Below are positions 56,474 through 64,000 of a stretch of 64,000 bases of DNA, piece by piece. Source of the stretch: a virus; the IMG/VR virus record IMGVR_UViG_3300018053_000002, positions 10,063 to 74,062 of that record. One strand, written 5' to 3'. Made by a program: the position numbers and the translations under genes. Position 1 is the first letter of the stretch; each line of letters starts with the position of its first letter. Under the pieces are notes generated by a model. It did no database searches and was not told the DNA's origin. It worked only from the letters and a program-made list of their open reading frames with translations.

Positions 56474-56639
56474 TACCTGAGTTTGAGTTTGAGATTGAGT
56501 TTGTTGTCCCACCCCCGAGGGGGCGTCTAAGGGATGGCCGGTCTGACGCGATGCCCGGATCCGTCACGAGGATTATTGGATCTCCGGAACCACAGACTGC
56601 ACCGGCAGGTTCGGTGGCGGCCATCAGTTATCGAGGTTA

Positions 56640-57380
56640 CTACGCGAACAGGTAGCCGAAAATCTTGGTACCGATCTCGATGCTCGGGGCCTCGGTCGTG
56701 TTGGCCTGCTCGCGGGCGACCTTCACGGCGTCCATGAGCTTGAGTACGCGCGTGCGCAGCTCGTTGACCCGGGCCTGGGGCAGAGCACCGGAGAACTTGG
56801 TTGTGGTCCAGTTTCCCACGAGCACGTCCTCGTAGTACATCTCGACCTGAGCCGGGTGCTTGTCGGTGGCCTCGGCCCGGACGTGGTTGCGGGGCACCTT
56901 CTTGGACCGGACGGTCTGGGTTGCCGGCGTCGCGAACGCATCGGTGGCCGGGTCGTAGACCCATGTGTCAGCCGGGTCGAGCACGGGTAGTTTGGCTACG
57001 AACGTATGGACGTCGCCGAGATGCTTCTCCAGGAAGAGCAGGGTGGTCGCCGGTACGTTCTCGGCGATAGTCTCCCCGTCCACCTCGATGTCGGCTCGGG
57101 CGGTCGCGTTGCCCTTGTCCTTGGTGATCGTGATGTCGAATAGGCGGGTGAGCGCACGCTCGACGTCCTTGATCACGTCGGTGGCCCGGATCTGTACCCG
57201 GGTCTGCTCGGGTGGGAGCTGCTCCTTGTCGTCATCGTCCTTGGCCTTGTACGTGCGAGAGATACCCGACAGGAGCGGTGCCTTCTGGAGCAGTTGGTAG
57301 GCGGCCGTGAAGTCCGCGGAGGCGCGGGGCTTGATCCCCTTCTCCAGGGCGACGACCTTGTTGAGAGTCTGTGGCACCAC
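56640..57380 (-). CDS. uncharacterised coiled-coil protein directly upstream of the tRNA-mimic RNA
   Basis: LLSGISRTY...LPPE..RVQ...LLFLEK.L...LPVLD...HPAQV...AVKVAREQAN; resembles a conserved actinomycete family. Confidence 0.85.
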   Translation of the reverse strand: MVPQTLNKVVALEKGIKPRASADFTAAYQLLQKAPLLSGISRTYKAKDDDDKEQLPPEQTRVQIRATDVIKDVERALTRLFDITITKDKGNATARADIEVDGETIAENVPATTLLFLEKHLGDVHTFVAKLPVLDPADTWVYDPATDAFATPATQTVRSKKVPRNHVRAEATDKHPAQVEMYYEDVLVGNWTTTKFSGALPQARVNELRTRVLKLMDAVKVAREQANTTEAPSIEIGTKIFGYLFA

Positions 57381-57440
57381 GCGTCCCCTCTCAGTGTGTG
57401 GTGGCAGTGCTCGCAGACGTTAGTGACCGCGTTCAGGTTG

Positions 57441-57809
57441 TCAAGGGGGATTGCTCGCGGCACCGCTGAAGGTTGTCACCACGTATTCGTCCGAGGATCC
57501 CTCAAGGTCCAGGGCGGTGAGGACCAGAGTGACCATATGCTCATGGCCCACCTTGGCGTCCTCCAGTGAGCTGTAGCGATCCTGATCTGCGTCCAATGGA
57601 CCTCCGAAGACCATCGTCTCCCACAAGATCGGGGGGCCGCCTTCATGCCAACCATGATCTAGAACCAGGAAAATCGTCGAGACCTGGATGTGTAGATCCT
57701 TAGTAACGATCATGGTCTTAGCAACATGTCGAGCCTCGCCATCTCTCAGGAGAGCGTCTGCTTCCTGAATGGAAATGGGCTGGAGGTTCAACCCGTACCA
57801 GAGGATCAT
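57441..57809 (-). CDS. hypothetical phage protein
   Basis: VSTIFL.LDH...PILWETMVFGG...RYSS..DA..GH. Confidence 0.75.
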   Translation of the reverse strand: MILWYGLNLQPISIQEADALLRDGEARHVAKTMIVTKDLHIQVSTIFLVLDHGWHEGGPPILWETMVFGGPLDADQDRYSSLEDAKVGHEHMVTLVLTALDLEGSSDEYVVTTFSGAASNPP

Positions 57810-58066
57810 TAGAAGACCGTTGTCCTCTTCCGTCTCACCGGCCGGTCACATAGGTAGCCGACAGTGGTGCCGAGCGTATGAGCGATGGCGGCCAGGACCG
57901 TGATCGTGGTGTCCTGCCTGCCGGCCTCGATGTTGGCGATGGACGAACGGGCACGACCGACCGCGGCGGCCAGGTCTTCTTGTCGCATCCCGGACTCATA
58001 TCGCAGGAGTGCGATGCGGGCGCCCATCTCGGTAAGGAGGATCTGGGTCTTTAGGTTGGCTTGCAT
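57809..58066 (-). CDS. XRE-family HTH regulator
   Basis: GMRQEDLAAAVGRARSSIANIEAGRQ. Confidence 0.85.
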   Translation of the reverse strand: MQANLKTQILLTEMGARIALLRYESGMRQEDLAAAVGRARSSIANIEAGRQDTTITVLAAIAHTLGTTVGYLCDRPVRRKRTTVF

Positions 58067-58428
58067 CGGCCGCCGTGCTCGTCGGTACAGTCGGGCGCGT
58101 GCTCGTCGTAGCTCGTGGACTCCTCCGGCGGCAGTGGTAGACCGTACCGCTTGGCGTCCGCAGCGCTCTGCTTGGCCAGCTTCTTGTCGACTTTCTTCTT
58201 TCTTTCTGCGCGCTCGCCCGGTGTATCCCTCATCATGGGCCGAAAGAGCGCGTGCTCGATGGTGAAATAGAGCAGAGCGATGGGCCAGAACAGGCCCGTA
58301 AAGAATGCGGCTGGTGTCGGGCCGTTTTCCTCTCGATCCCAGTTCTGCCTGTCTATGAGACGGATGAATTGCAATCGCCACACCACCAGCATCATGATGA
58401 CGTACCCGACGATGATTACCCAGGTCAT
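58051..58428 (-). CDS. membrane protein
   Basis: Two TM segments; LFWP. Confidence 0.65.
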   Translation of the reverse strand: MTWVIIVGYVIMMLVVWRLQFIRLIDRQNWDREENGPTPAAFFTGLFWPIALLYFTIEHALFRPMMRDTPGERAERKKKVDKKLAKQSAADAKRYGLPLPPEESTSYDEHAPDCTDEHGGRCKPT

Positions 58429-58682
58429 GTCCGGACCACCAATCGGTGTTCTCCGGGACAGTCGGGGGCAGGGCAGGACACGGCGGCCGGCTCGCGACCG
58501 TATCGATGTTCTTCAAGCGGGCCCTGGGTCAACAATGCCGGCCAGGTCATGATGTACCCGTCCTCGAACCGGAGCCACAGCGCGGGGTTGTCCTGACCGC
58601 GGTCCCACCGTTCACCGTAGAAGTCGATCAGTGCCCTCACGTCCAGCGGCGGCGGCTCGGGCAGGCTCCATCGGCGGGTCAT
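58425..58682 (-). CDS. hypothetical protein
   Basis: WSLPEPP...D..GERW...TWPALL..GPL. Confidence 0.55.
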   Translation of the reverse strand: MTRRWSLPEPPPLDVRALIDFYGERWDRGQDNPALWLRFEDGYIMTWPALLTQGPLEEHRYGREPAAVSCPAPDCPGEHRLVVRT

Positions 58683-59057
58683 GGCCTCACCGAGCCCGTG
58701 AACAAGAGCGGCGCGACCCGATCCTGTCTGTTCTGATCGAGCTGGAACTGTTGGGGGGTTCGACGGGTGACGCGACAACGCGGGCACGGACATCCGGGGT
58801 TGTAGACCCACGGCCCTGATCCCTCATGCGAACGACGGCGGCGGCCCATCAGTATGCACCACTCTCAGCACGCTCCTTGAGGATCTCCTCCAGTCCTTCG
58901 AGGCGCCAGCGCCACATCTGACGCTCCATGTAGTCGGCTACTCGGTCTGTCGCTAACCTCTTTGTGAGGTTCTCAATGATTTGCTCGATACGTTTGGTCG
59001 TCATCTCGTGGGTGGACATGCACATGGGTCTGTGTTTCCTTCCTTCCCAGAGGGGTT

Positions 59058-59378
59058 CTACGTCCGTGTGTAGAAGGCGGCGCGGTAGTCCTCGACGTGA
59101 AGTTTTCCAGCACCATTGGTCTTGATGAGGTATCCCTCACCGTGCTTGTACTTCCGGCTCAGTAGTTCGTAGCTCTTCGTGTTGTAGACGTCGGTGCGCA
59201 TGGTCTCACACCTTGAGCATCCTCGAACGACCTCCAGGCCAGTGACAACACCGGAGCGGGTGGTTGACACGGGGGTCTCAGAGAGACGGCGCCACTGGTG
59301 ATTGTCCATCCGGCATTCGAGCATAGGCTCCGTCATGACGGTGGTACGGTCATCGATCGCGATGGCTGGGAGTTTCAT
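59058..59378 (-). CDS. hypothetical protein
   Basis: CR...H.W; CSRC. Confidence 0.65.
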   Translation of the reverse strand: MKLPAIAIDDRTTVMTEPMLECRMDNHQWRRLSETPVSTTRSGVVTGLEVVRGCSRCETMRTDVYNTKSYELLSRKYKHGEGYLIKTNGAGKLHVEDYRAAFYTRT

Positions 59379-59590
59379 TGCTGACCCTTCTTGGCTGACC
59401 CTTGTTCGGCTTGTGCTAGGCACGGCTTGTCGCCGATGTCATAGCAGACTACCGCAGTGCAGTGATCATGAGAGGTGGCCCGAGGGGGCATCGCCAGCCG
59501 GGTGATCTTGAATCCGCCCCGGTACGTTGACCCCTCTGGGTATAGCGAGTCGTAGAGCTGGCCAATCGTTTCGTCAAGGTCGTCGTTCAT
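59375..59590 (-). CDS. hypothetical protein
   Basis: Coupled ORF. Confidence 0.55.
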   Translation of the reverse strand: MNDDLDETIGQLYDSLYPEGSTYRGGFKITRLAMPPRATSHDHCTAVVCYDIGDKPCLAQAEQGSAKKGQQ

Positions 59591-60030
59591 GAGGGATCCC
59601 GTTGGCGCATCTGCATGGTGCGTTCCAGGGTGTCGAGGTTGGCACTAACGGACATGACACCGGTGAGGCGGTTAATGGATTCGGCGAGGAGGGCAAGCTG
59701 CTCGTTCTGCTCATCCATCGCTCCCGTGATCATCTCCTCGACGCGGGCTGCGATCTTAGTGATGGCGGCTGCGGTCTCAAGCTGGCTGTGGTGGTTCAGG
59801 AAGCCGATCACGCCGATCGCCGCGAGAACTACGCCGACCGAGAGGGTGAGGAACGCGAGCTGCCACAGCGGTGGGGCCGGGTCGCGCAACGAAATGCCGA
59901 GGAAGAGCACTCCGAGGAGGACGGCGACATTGCCTGTCCCGAGTACCAGGAAGGGAACGCGTGCACTGATTCTGAGCCGTTCCGTCCGTTCCGGTTTGTC
60001 TTGGTCCCGGCGGTTATCTTCTTCCTTCAT
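59587..60030 (-). CDS. two-TM membrane protein
   Basis: Hydrophobic pair plus coiled coil; coupled to repressor. Confidence 0.65.
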   Translation of the reverse strand: MKEEDNRRDQDKPERTERLRISARVPFLVLGTGNVAVLLGVLFLGISLRDPAPPLWQLAFLTLSVGVVLAAIGVIGFLNHHSQLETAAAITKIAARVEEMITGAMDEQNEQLALLAESINRLTGVMSVSANLDTLERTMQMRQRDPS

Positions 60031-60473
60031 CTGGTGACCTTTGCCGTAGTCTGCGCACGGAGTTGGACAATTCGCTCGATACTCTCATTGAACACATCTT
60101 CGCCAAAGAGGTCTCGTAGGTCGACGAGGAGCCCGACTAGCTGACCCGATGACGCGCTCTTAAATCCACCGATCTGTGCGTACCACATCTCCCGGGCCAC
60201 GTCAGGTCGGCAGCGTACGAGCTTCTCGGGGGGCAGCTCGACCACCCTGGCCATGATGGCGAGCACGGTGGACTTACCGCGGACAGACACCCAGCCGTCG
60301 GAGCCGAGGCGGACTCCACTCTCGACGAAGCGCCATTGGCTACTACTGACTCCGGCACGGCGGGCGGCCTCTCTCTGCGATAGACCCAGTCGCTTGCGGG
60401 CCGCCTCAATGAGCGCACCCTCTTTGGTCTGAACCAGCTCGGTGGCGATGACAGGACTCCTTGGGGTTGGCAT
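60027..60473 (-). CDS. immunity repressor (XRE HTH)
   Basis: ARKRLGLSQREAARRAGVSSSQWRFVESG; divergent from Cro-like gene. Confidence 0.8.
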   Translation of the reverse strand: MPTPRSPVIATELVQTKEGALIEAARKRLGLSQREAARRAGVSSSQWRFVESGVRLGSDGWVSVRGKSTVLAIMARVVELPPEKLVRCRPDVAREMWYAQIGGFKSASSGQLVGLLVDLRDLFGEDVFNESIERIVQLRAQTTAKVTR

Positions 60474-60602
60474 CGACGACCCTACTGGTTGTGTTCGCAA
60501 GATCTGGACATTGGATCTCCATAAGTCCTGCTCAGCGGGGATAGAGCCGCATGTTACCGCGAACATCTTTCGTACGCAAGCGGCGCACACTACTGTTCGC
60601 AC
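60474..60602. promoter_or_regulatory. repressor/Cro divergent control region
   Basis: TGTTCGC at 60492 and 60594, inverted GCGAACA at 60559; TACTGT 6 nt before ATG 60603. Confidence 0.55.
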
Positions 60603-60824
60603 ATGGCCCGTCAAACCCGTCCCCTCAGCCAGAACCCGTTGGCACTGAGCTGGGCTCGGGAGAGTAGGGGCCTGTCGTTACGAACATGTGCGAACCAAGC
60701 GGGGATCTCACCCGGCTATCTGCACGACTTGGAGTCTGGTCGGCGCAGTGCCACTCCCGATGTCCTCACCCGGCTCGCGCAAGCGCTTGGTTGTCCGCTC
60801 ACGGTGCTGGAGGCGAAGGCGTGA
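60603..60824 (+). CDS. Cro-like XRE HTH protein
   Basis: RESRGLSLRTCANQAGISPGYLHDLESGRR. Confidence 0.85.
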   Translation: MARQTRPLSQNPLALSWARESRGLSLRTCANQAGISPGYLHDLESGRRSATPDVLTRLAQALGCPLTVLEAKA

Positions 60825-61017
60825 AGTGGTGCGCGTGGTGTGGCTCCCTGCTCTCTAGCCCTGACGGCTCGCCGCGGTGGGAGATCTACGGGGGTGGTAA
60901 CCGTCGTGGTGCTCGTGCCGCGATGTATATCTGCCTGGAGGGCTGCAAGCGAGCGACACGCCGATGGGTTGTTCCGTTCGCACTGTCCCGGTGGGGGACG
61001 GTTTCGGTGCCATCGCT

Positions 61018-61326
61018 ATGACTGACGAACTGGTTCCCCTCGATGCGGTGGCAACCTACATTGACACCTACCGCGCGCTGGACAAGCAGATCCGTGAGTG
61101 GATCATCCTCCGGGACAAATGCCGGGAGCAGATCGAGACGGCGCTGGGGGAATCTGAGTCCGGCGCGGTGGCCGGGATTCCGACCGTGCGGTGGAGTCGC
61201 TACTCATACAAAAAGCTATCCAACGAGCTGCTCCGCAAGAAGTGGACCGAGGACGAGCTGGCCGACTGCTACGCCACCATCGACGCTCGCCGGTTCACGG
61301 TACTTCCCATCGCGAAGGTGGCATAA
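61018..61326 (+). CDS. hypothetical protein
   Basis: Coiled coil; C-terminal RRFTV. Confidence 0.65.
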   Translation: MTDELVPLDAVATYIDTYRALDKQIREWIILRDKCREQIETALGESESGAVAGIPTVRWSRYSYKKLSNELLRKKWTEDELADCYATIDARRFTVLPIAKVA

Positions 61327-61328
61327 AG

Positions 61329-61577
61329 ATGGCCCGGACCCCTGTACGTGCGGACTCACGCGAGCAGTGCGGGGCACCTGTCGTCTACCCGCCGCTTGCC
61401 GAGATTCCTCATTGGTGCTCACGCCCGGCTGGCCACGTTGGACGGGACCACTGGTGCGACGCGCAGATCGAGGCTTGGGCAGCCAGCCTGCCTCGACTGG
61501 TGGATATGTCATCCGAGAAGCGGGCGCGGCTGAGTGTGCTGTTCGCACCGGCCCGTCAAGTCCGGGGCAAACCATGA
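61329..61577 (+). CDS. small Cys/His protein, paralogue of 51653-51874
   Basis: Shared motifs. Confidence 0.7.
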   Translation: MARTPVRADSREQCGAPVVYPPLAEIPHWCSRPAGHVGRDHWCDAQIEAWAASLPRLVDMSSEKRARLSVLFAPARQVRGKP

Positions 61578-62125
61578 AGTATCGAGAGCGGCAAGTTGAG
61601 GTCGACGCCATCCAGTGGTTCAAGAACGGTGATCATCCCGGGGACGGTCCGGCTGATCTGGAAGGCCGGGTCGTGCGCTACTTCCGGCACCCCTACGTAT
61701 CAGGTACGGACGTCCACAGCGAGTGTGAGCGGACATGGCACGACCATGGCTGGATCGATGTTGGAGCGCCAACCAACGGTAAGACGGTCTGTCCAGGTGA
61801 CTGGATCATTTCGGGCGCCGGTGGGGACTACGCGCTCAAGTCTGAGCTGTTTGAGGCCATGTACGAGGCAGTCGAACCGTGGAATCTGGTCACTGCCGAG
61901 CGTGATGACATCAAGGCCATCACCAAGAAGTGGCTCCAGGTCTGCGTTCCCTGCGATGCCGGGGTCTCCGGCACGTGCACCCATCCGGCCGAGGACTACC
62001 GGCCCGTCATCGCCGCACTCGTGGAGGAGTTGAGGCTGACACTCCAGTACCTCGAAGCGGTCCAGCACTACCGCCGGTTGGCCGAGGACCAGGTCATTGA
62101 GCTGATCAACCGGACGACATCATGA
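61574..62125 (+). CDS. hypothetical phage protein
   Basis: MKYR...VEVDAIQW...VCPGDWII...LF...YE. Confidence 0.75.
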   Translation: MKYRERQVEVDAIQWFKNGDHPGDGPADLEGRVVRYFRHPYVSGTDVHSECERTWHDHGWIDVGAPTNGKTVCPGDWIISGAGGDYALKSELFEAMYEAVEPWNLVTAERDDIKAITKKWLQVCVPCDAGVSGTCTHPAEDYRPVIAALVEELRLTLQYLEAVQHYRRLAEDQVIELINRTTS

Positions 62126-62871
62126 CGACGACGTTCGCCGCACCGGCGGTGTCGAGTTCGGTCCACCTGCAACAGATCGTCAGGCGGGCGGCCGAGGCGT
62201 CGCCACGGAACCAGCAGGTGGCGGTGGGCCCGTCCGAGATGGGCGACGAGTGTGACCGACGGCTGGCCTATCGCGCGCTCGACGTGAAGGGTCCGAACAC
62301 CTCGGGCGACCCGTGGCCGTCCATTGTCGGGGTCGCGGTCCACGGCTGGCTGGCTGATGCCTTCACGTTGGAGAACCAGCGGTTGGGCCGGGTGCGTTAC
62401 CTCATCGAGCAACGCGTCTTCATGACCGACGGGATCTCCGGCACGTGCGACCTCTTCGACGTGGACCAGGCCGAGGTCATCGATCACAAGATCCTCGGTA
62501 CCACCTCCATGAAGAAGATCAAGTCGGGGGACATCGCGGCTCGGTACCAGGTCCAGCTTCAGCTCTACGGGTTCGGACTGCGCCGGGCCGGACGCCGGGT
62601 CGAGCGGGTGAGCCTGGCCTGCTATCCGCGGGGTGGCTTCCTTGACGGGCTCTACGTCTGGAGTACCGACTACGACGAGGCGACGGCATTGGCCGCGCTG
62701 GCGAGGTTCTCCAACATCTCGGCGGCGGCGCTCGTGCTCAACCTCGATGACCCGAGCACGTCGTTCTGGGGAATGATCCCGGCCCAACCCACCCCCGAGC
62801 GCTGTGCCTGGTGCCCGTACTGGCGGCCGGGTCGACCTGCTGACTTCACCGGCTGCCCGGGGCCGACATGA
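62122..62871 (+). CDS. Cas4/RecB-like PD-(D/E)xK exonuclease
   Basis: GPSE.G.ECDR; G.AVH; GTCDL.D...IDHK; QLQLYG; C.WCPY...C. Confidence 0.88.
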   Translation: MTTTFAAPAVSSSVHLQQIVRRAAEASPRNQQVAVGPSEMGDECDRRLAYRALDVKGPNTSGDPWPSIVGVAVHGWLADAFTLENQRLGRVRYLIEQRVFMTDGISGTCDLFDVDQAEVIDHKILGTTSMKKIKSGDIAARYQVQLQLYGFGLRRAGRRVERVSLACYPRGGFLDGLYVWSTDYDEATALAALARFSNISAAALVLNLDDPSTSFWGMIPAQPTPERCAWCPYWRPGRPADFTGCPGPT

Positions 62872-63389
62872 CCACCACCGCTGGAGGGACCATGGCTACT
62901 ATCGATCTTCATGCACTCGTTGACCGTGTACTGGACGAGACTGACCTTGTTCCATCTGAGGACATCACAAGGAAGGTTATTAAACTCCTCCGTGAGGACC
63001 AGCTCCGTGACGCTCTTTACATTACCTTGCTCGTCTTTGTCAGACAGCGCATGAGCTTCCGACACAATAGGACGGGGGTCAAAGCAGCATCGAATCCAAA
63101 TCTGCCTCCAATTAAAATTGTGGGCCGGTCGGCGAAAGTGTCCGGTTATCGCCACTGGGCGCCATGGCTGCGGGGACGTTATGATTCAATCCAGCAAATG
63201 CTCGGTAACTGCACTCAAGACAATCTGCTAACCCTGATTAAAGAACGTCGGACGCACGCTGCGGACACCAATGCCGCCGCCGATCGGCTTCAGAAGATTT
63301 ATAACGCAATGATCGAGCACGACGTCCAGCGTGTCATCGACCTTCCGGCAGACGTGCTCAAGCTCCTCGGCGAGGAGTGGACGTCATGA
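62868..63389 (+). CDS. hypothetical helical protein immediately upstream of array
   Basis: ATGA coupling; visibly more AT-rich than neighbours; stop codon 4 nt before the first array unit. Confidence 0.75.
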   Translation: MTTTAGGTMATIDLHALVDRVLDETDLVPSEDITRKVIKLLREDQLRDALYITLLVFVRQRMSFRHNRTGVKAASNPNLPPIKIVGRSAKVSGYRHWAPWLRGRYDSIQQMLGNCTQDNLLTLIKERRTHAADTNAAADRLQKIYNAMIEHDVQRVIDLPADVLKLLGEEWTS

Positions 63390-63393
63390 CTAT

Positions 63394-64000
63394 CCGCCCG
63401 ACCAAACACGCCTCGACACCCATACTCGGATCGTTGGGGGGCGGGTCCAAATCTGCCGGCCGCCACACTACGGACGACACCCATGTTACTCTCGCGACCG
63501 GCAACAACTCCCACCCGACCAAAGAGAAGCCGACATCCACCTTTCCCGCGTCGGGTGGGCCCACTTCCCTCGTGACCAGTGTCCAGTCGACACCCAGACT
63601 ATCTCCGTCACGGGGGACTAAATCCGCCGGTCGCCATTCACCATTCGATATCCAATCGACTCGCGCGACCGGTACCAACTCCCACCCGACCACAGAGACG
63701 ACGACATCCACAGCGCATCCGTCGGGTGGGCCTAAATCTGTCGGCCGCCAGATCCTCACCGATACCCGCCCCCAGGGCGCGGCCGGTACCAACTCCCGCC
63801 CGACCACCTTGACGGCGATACCCACGCTCTCATCGTCGGGTGGGCCAACTTCCCCCGTGACCATAGAGATCACGACACCCAGTCCTTCAACGTCACGGGG
63901 GACCAAATCTGCCGGCCGCCAAGTGCCCTCCGATATCCAAAAGGATTGCGCGACTGGTACCAACTCCCACCCGACCGGCAACAACTCCCACCCGACCAAA
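63394..64000 (+). repeat. TIGR-like dual-spacer stem-loop array (10 complete units, 1 collapsed, 1 truncated by window end)
   Basis: Unit = 8-bp stem, CCA, N9, CGAYAYCCA, N9, CG, complementary stem, 8-10 nt linker; all spacers 9 nt and unique. Confidence 0.88.

Noticed and set aside
56135-56475. Ordinary tRNA gene cluster or tRNA-derived att site
   Set aside because: Halves are in permuted order without anticodon loops, the Ser(TGA)-like arm has no T arm, and the integrase is a serine type
51653-61577. DGR template/variable repeat pair
   Set aside because: Differences are mostly synonymous, not adenine-specific, and no reverse transcriptase is present
63394-64000. Canonical CRISPR array or protein-coding repeat (ORFs 63331-63621 and 63358-63999)
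   Set aside because: No constant 23-47 bp repeat with long spacers and no cas1/cas2. Unit lengths shift frame on the + strand, and conservation follows base pairing and fixed 9-nt gaps rather than codons.

Overview
The whole window is a GC-rich temperate siphovirus genome of an actinomycete host (BldC and Lsr2 homologues). No host housekeeping genes are seen. The HNH/terminase junction and the integrase both lie internally, so this looks like a circularised, permuted phage contig. Gene order: replication (primase-helicase, resolvase); packaging and HK97-type head genes; a glycosyltransferase/methyltransferase cluster; tail; lysis; leftward accessory operons; serine integrase; repressor/Cro switch; Cas4-like nuclease. 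Most notable: (1) an unannotated array at 63394-64000 of 10 or more stem-loop units, each CCA-N9-CGAYAYCCA-N9-CG with unique 9-nt spacers, i.e. a TIGR-like dual-spacer guide-RNA array running off the window end; (2) effector modules fused to or next to the portal that all carry the RxRxLxLxG peptide found at the prohead protease C-terminus, suggesting a capsid-loading system; (3) an ncRNA with two circularly permuted tRNA mimics behind a conserved-looking protein gene; (4) further T-loop-rich structured RNAs. All family assignments come from motif recognition by eye; no searches were run.
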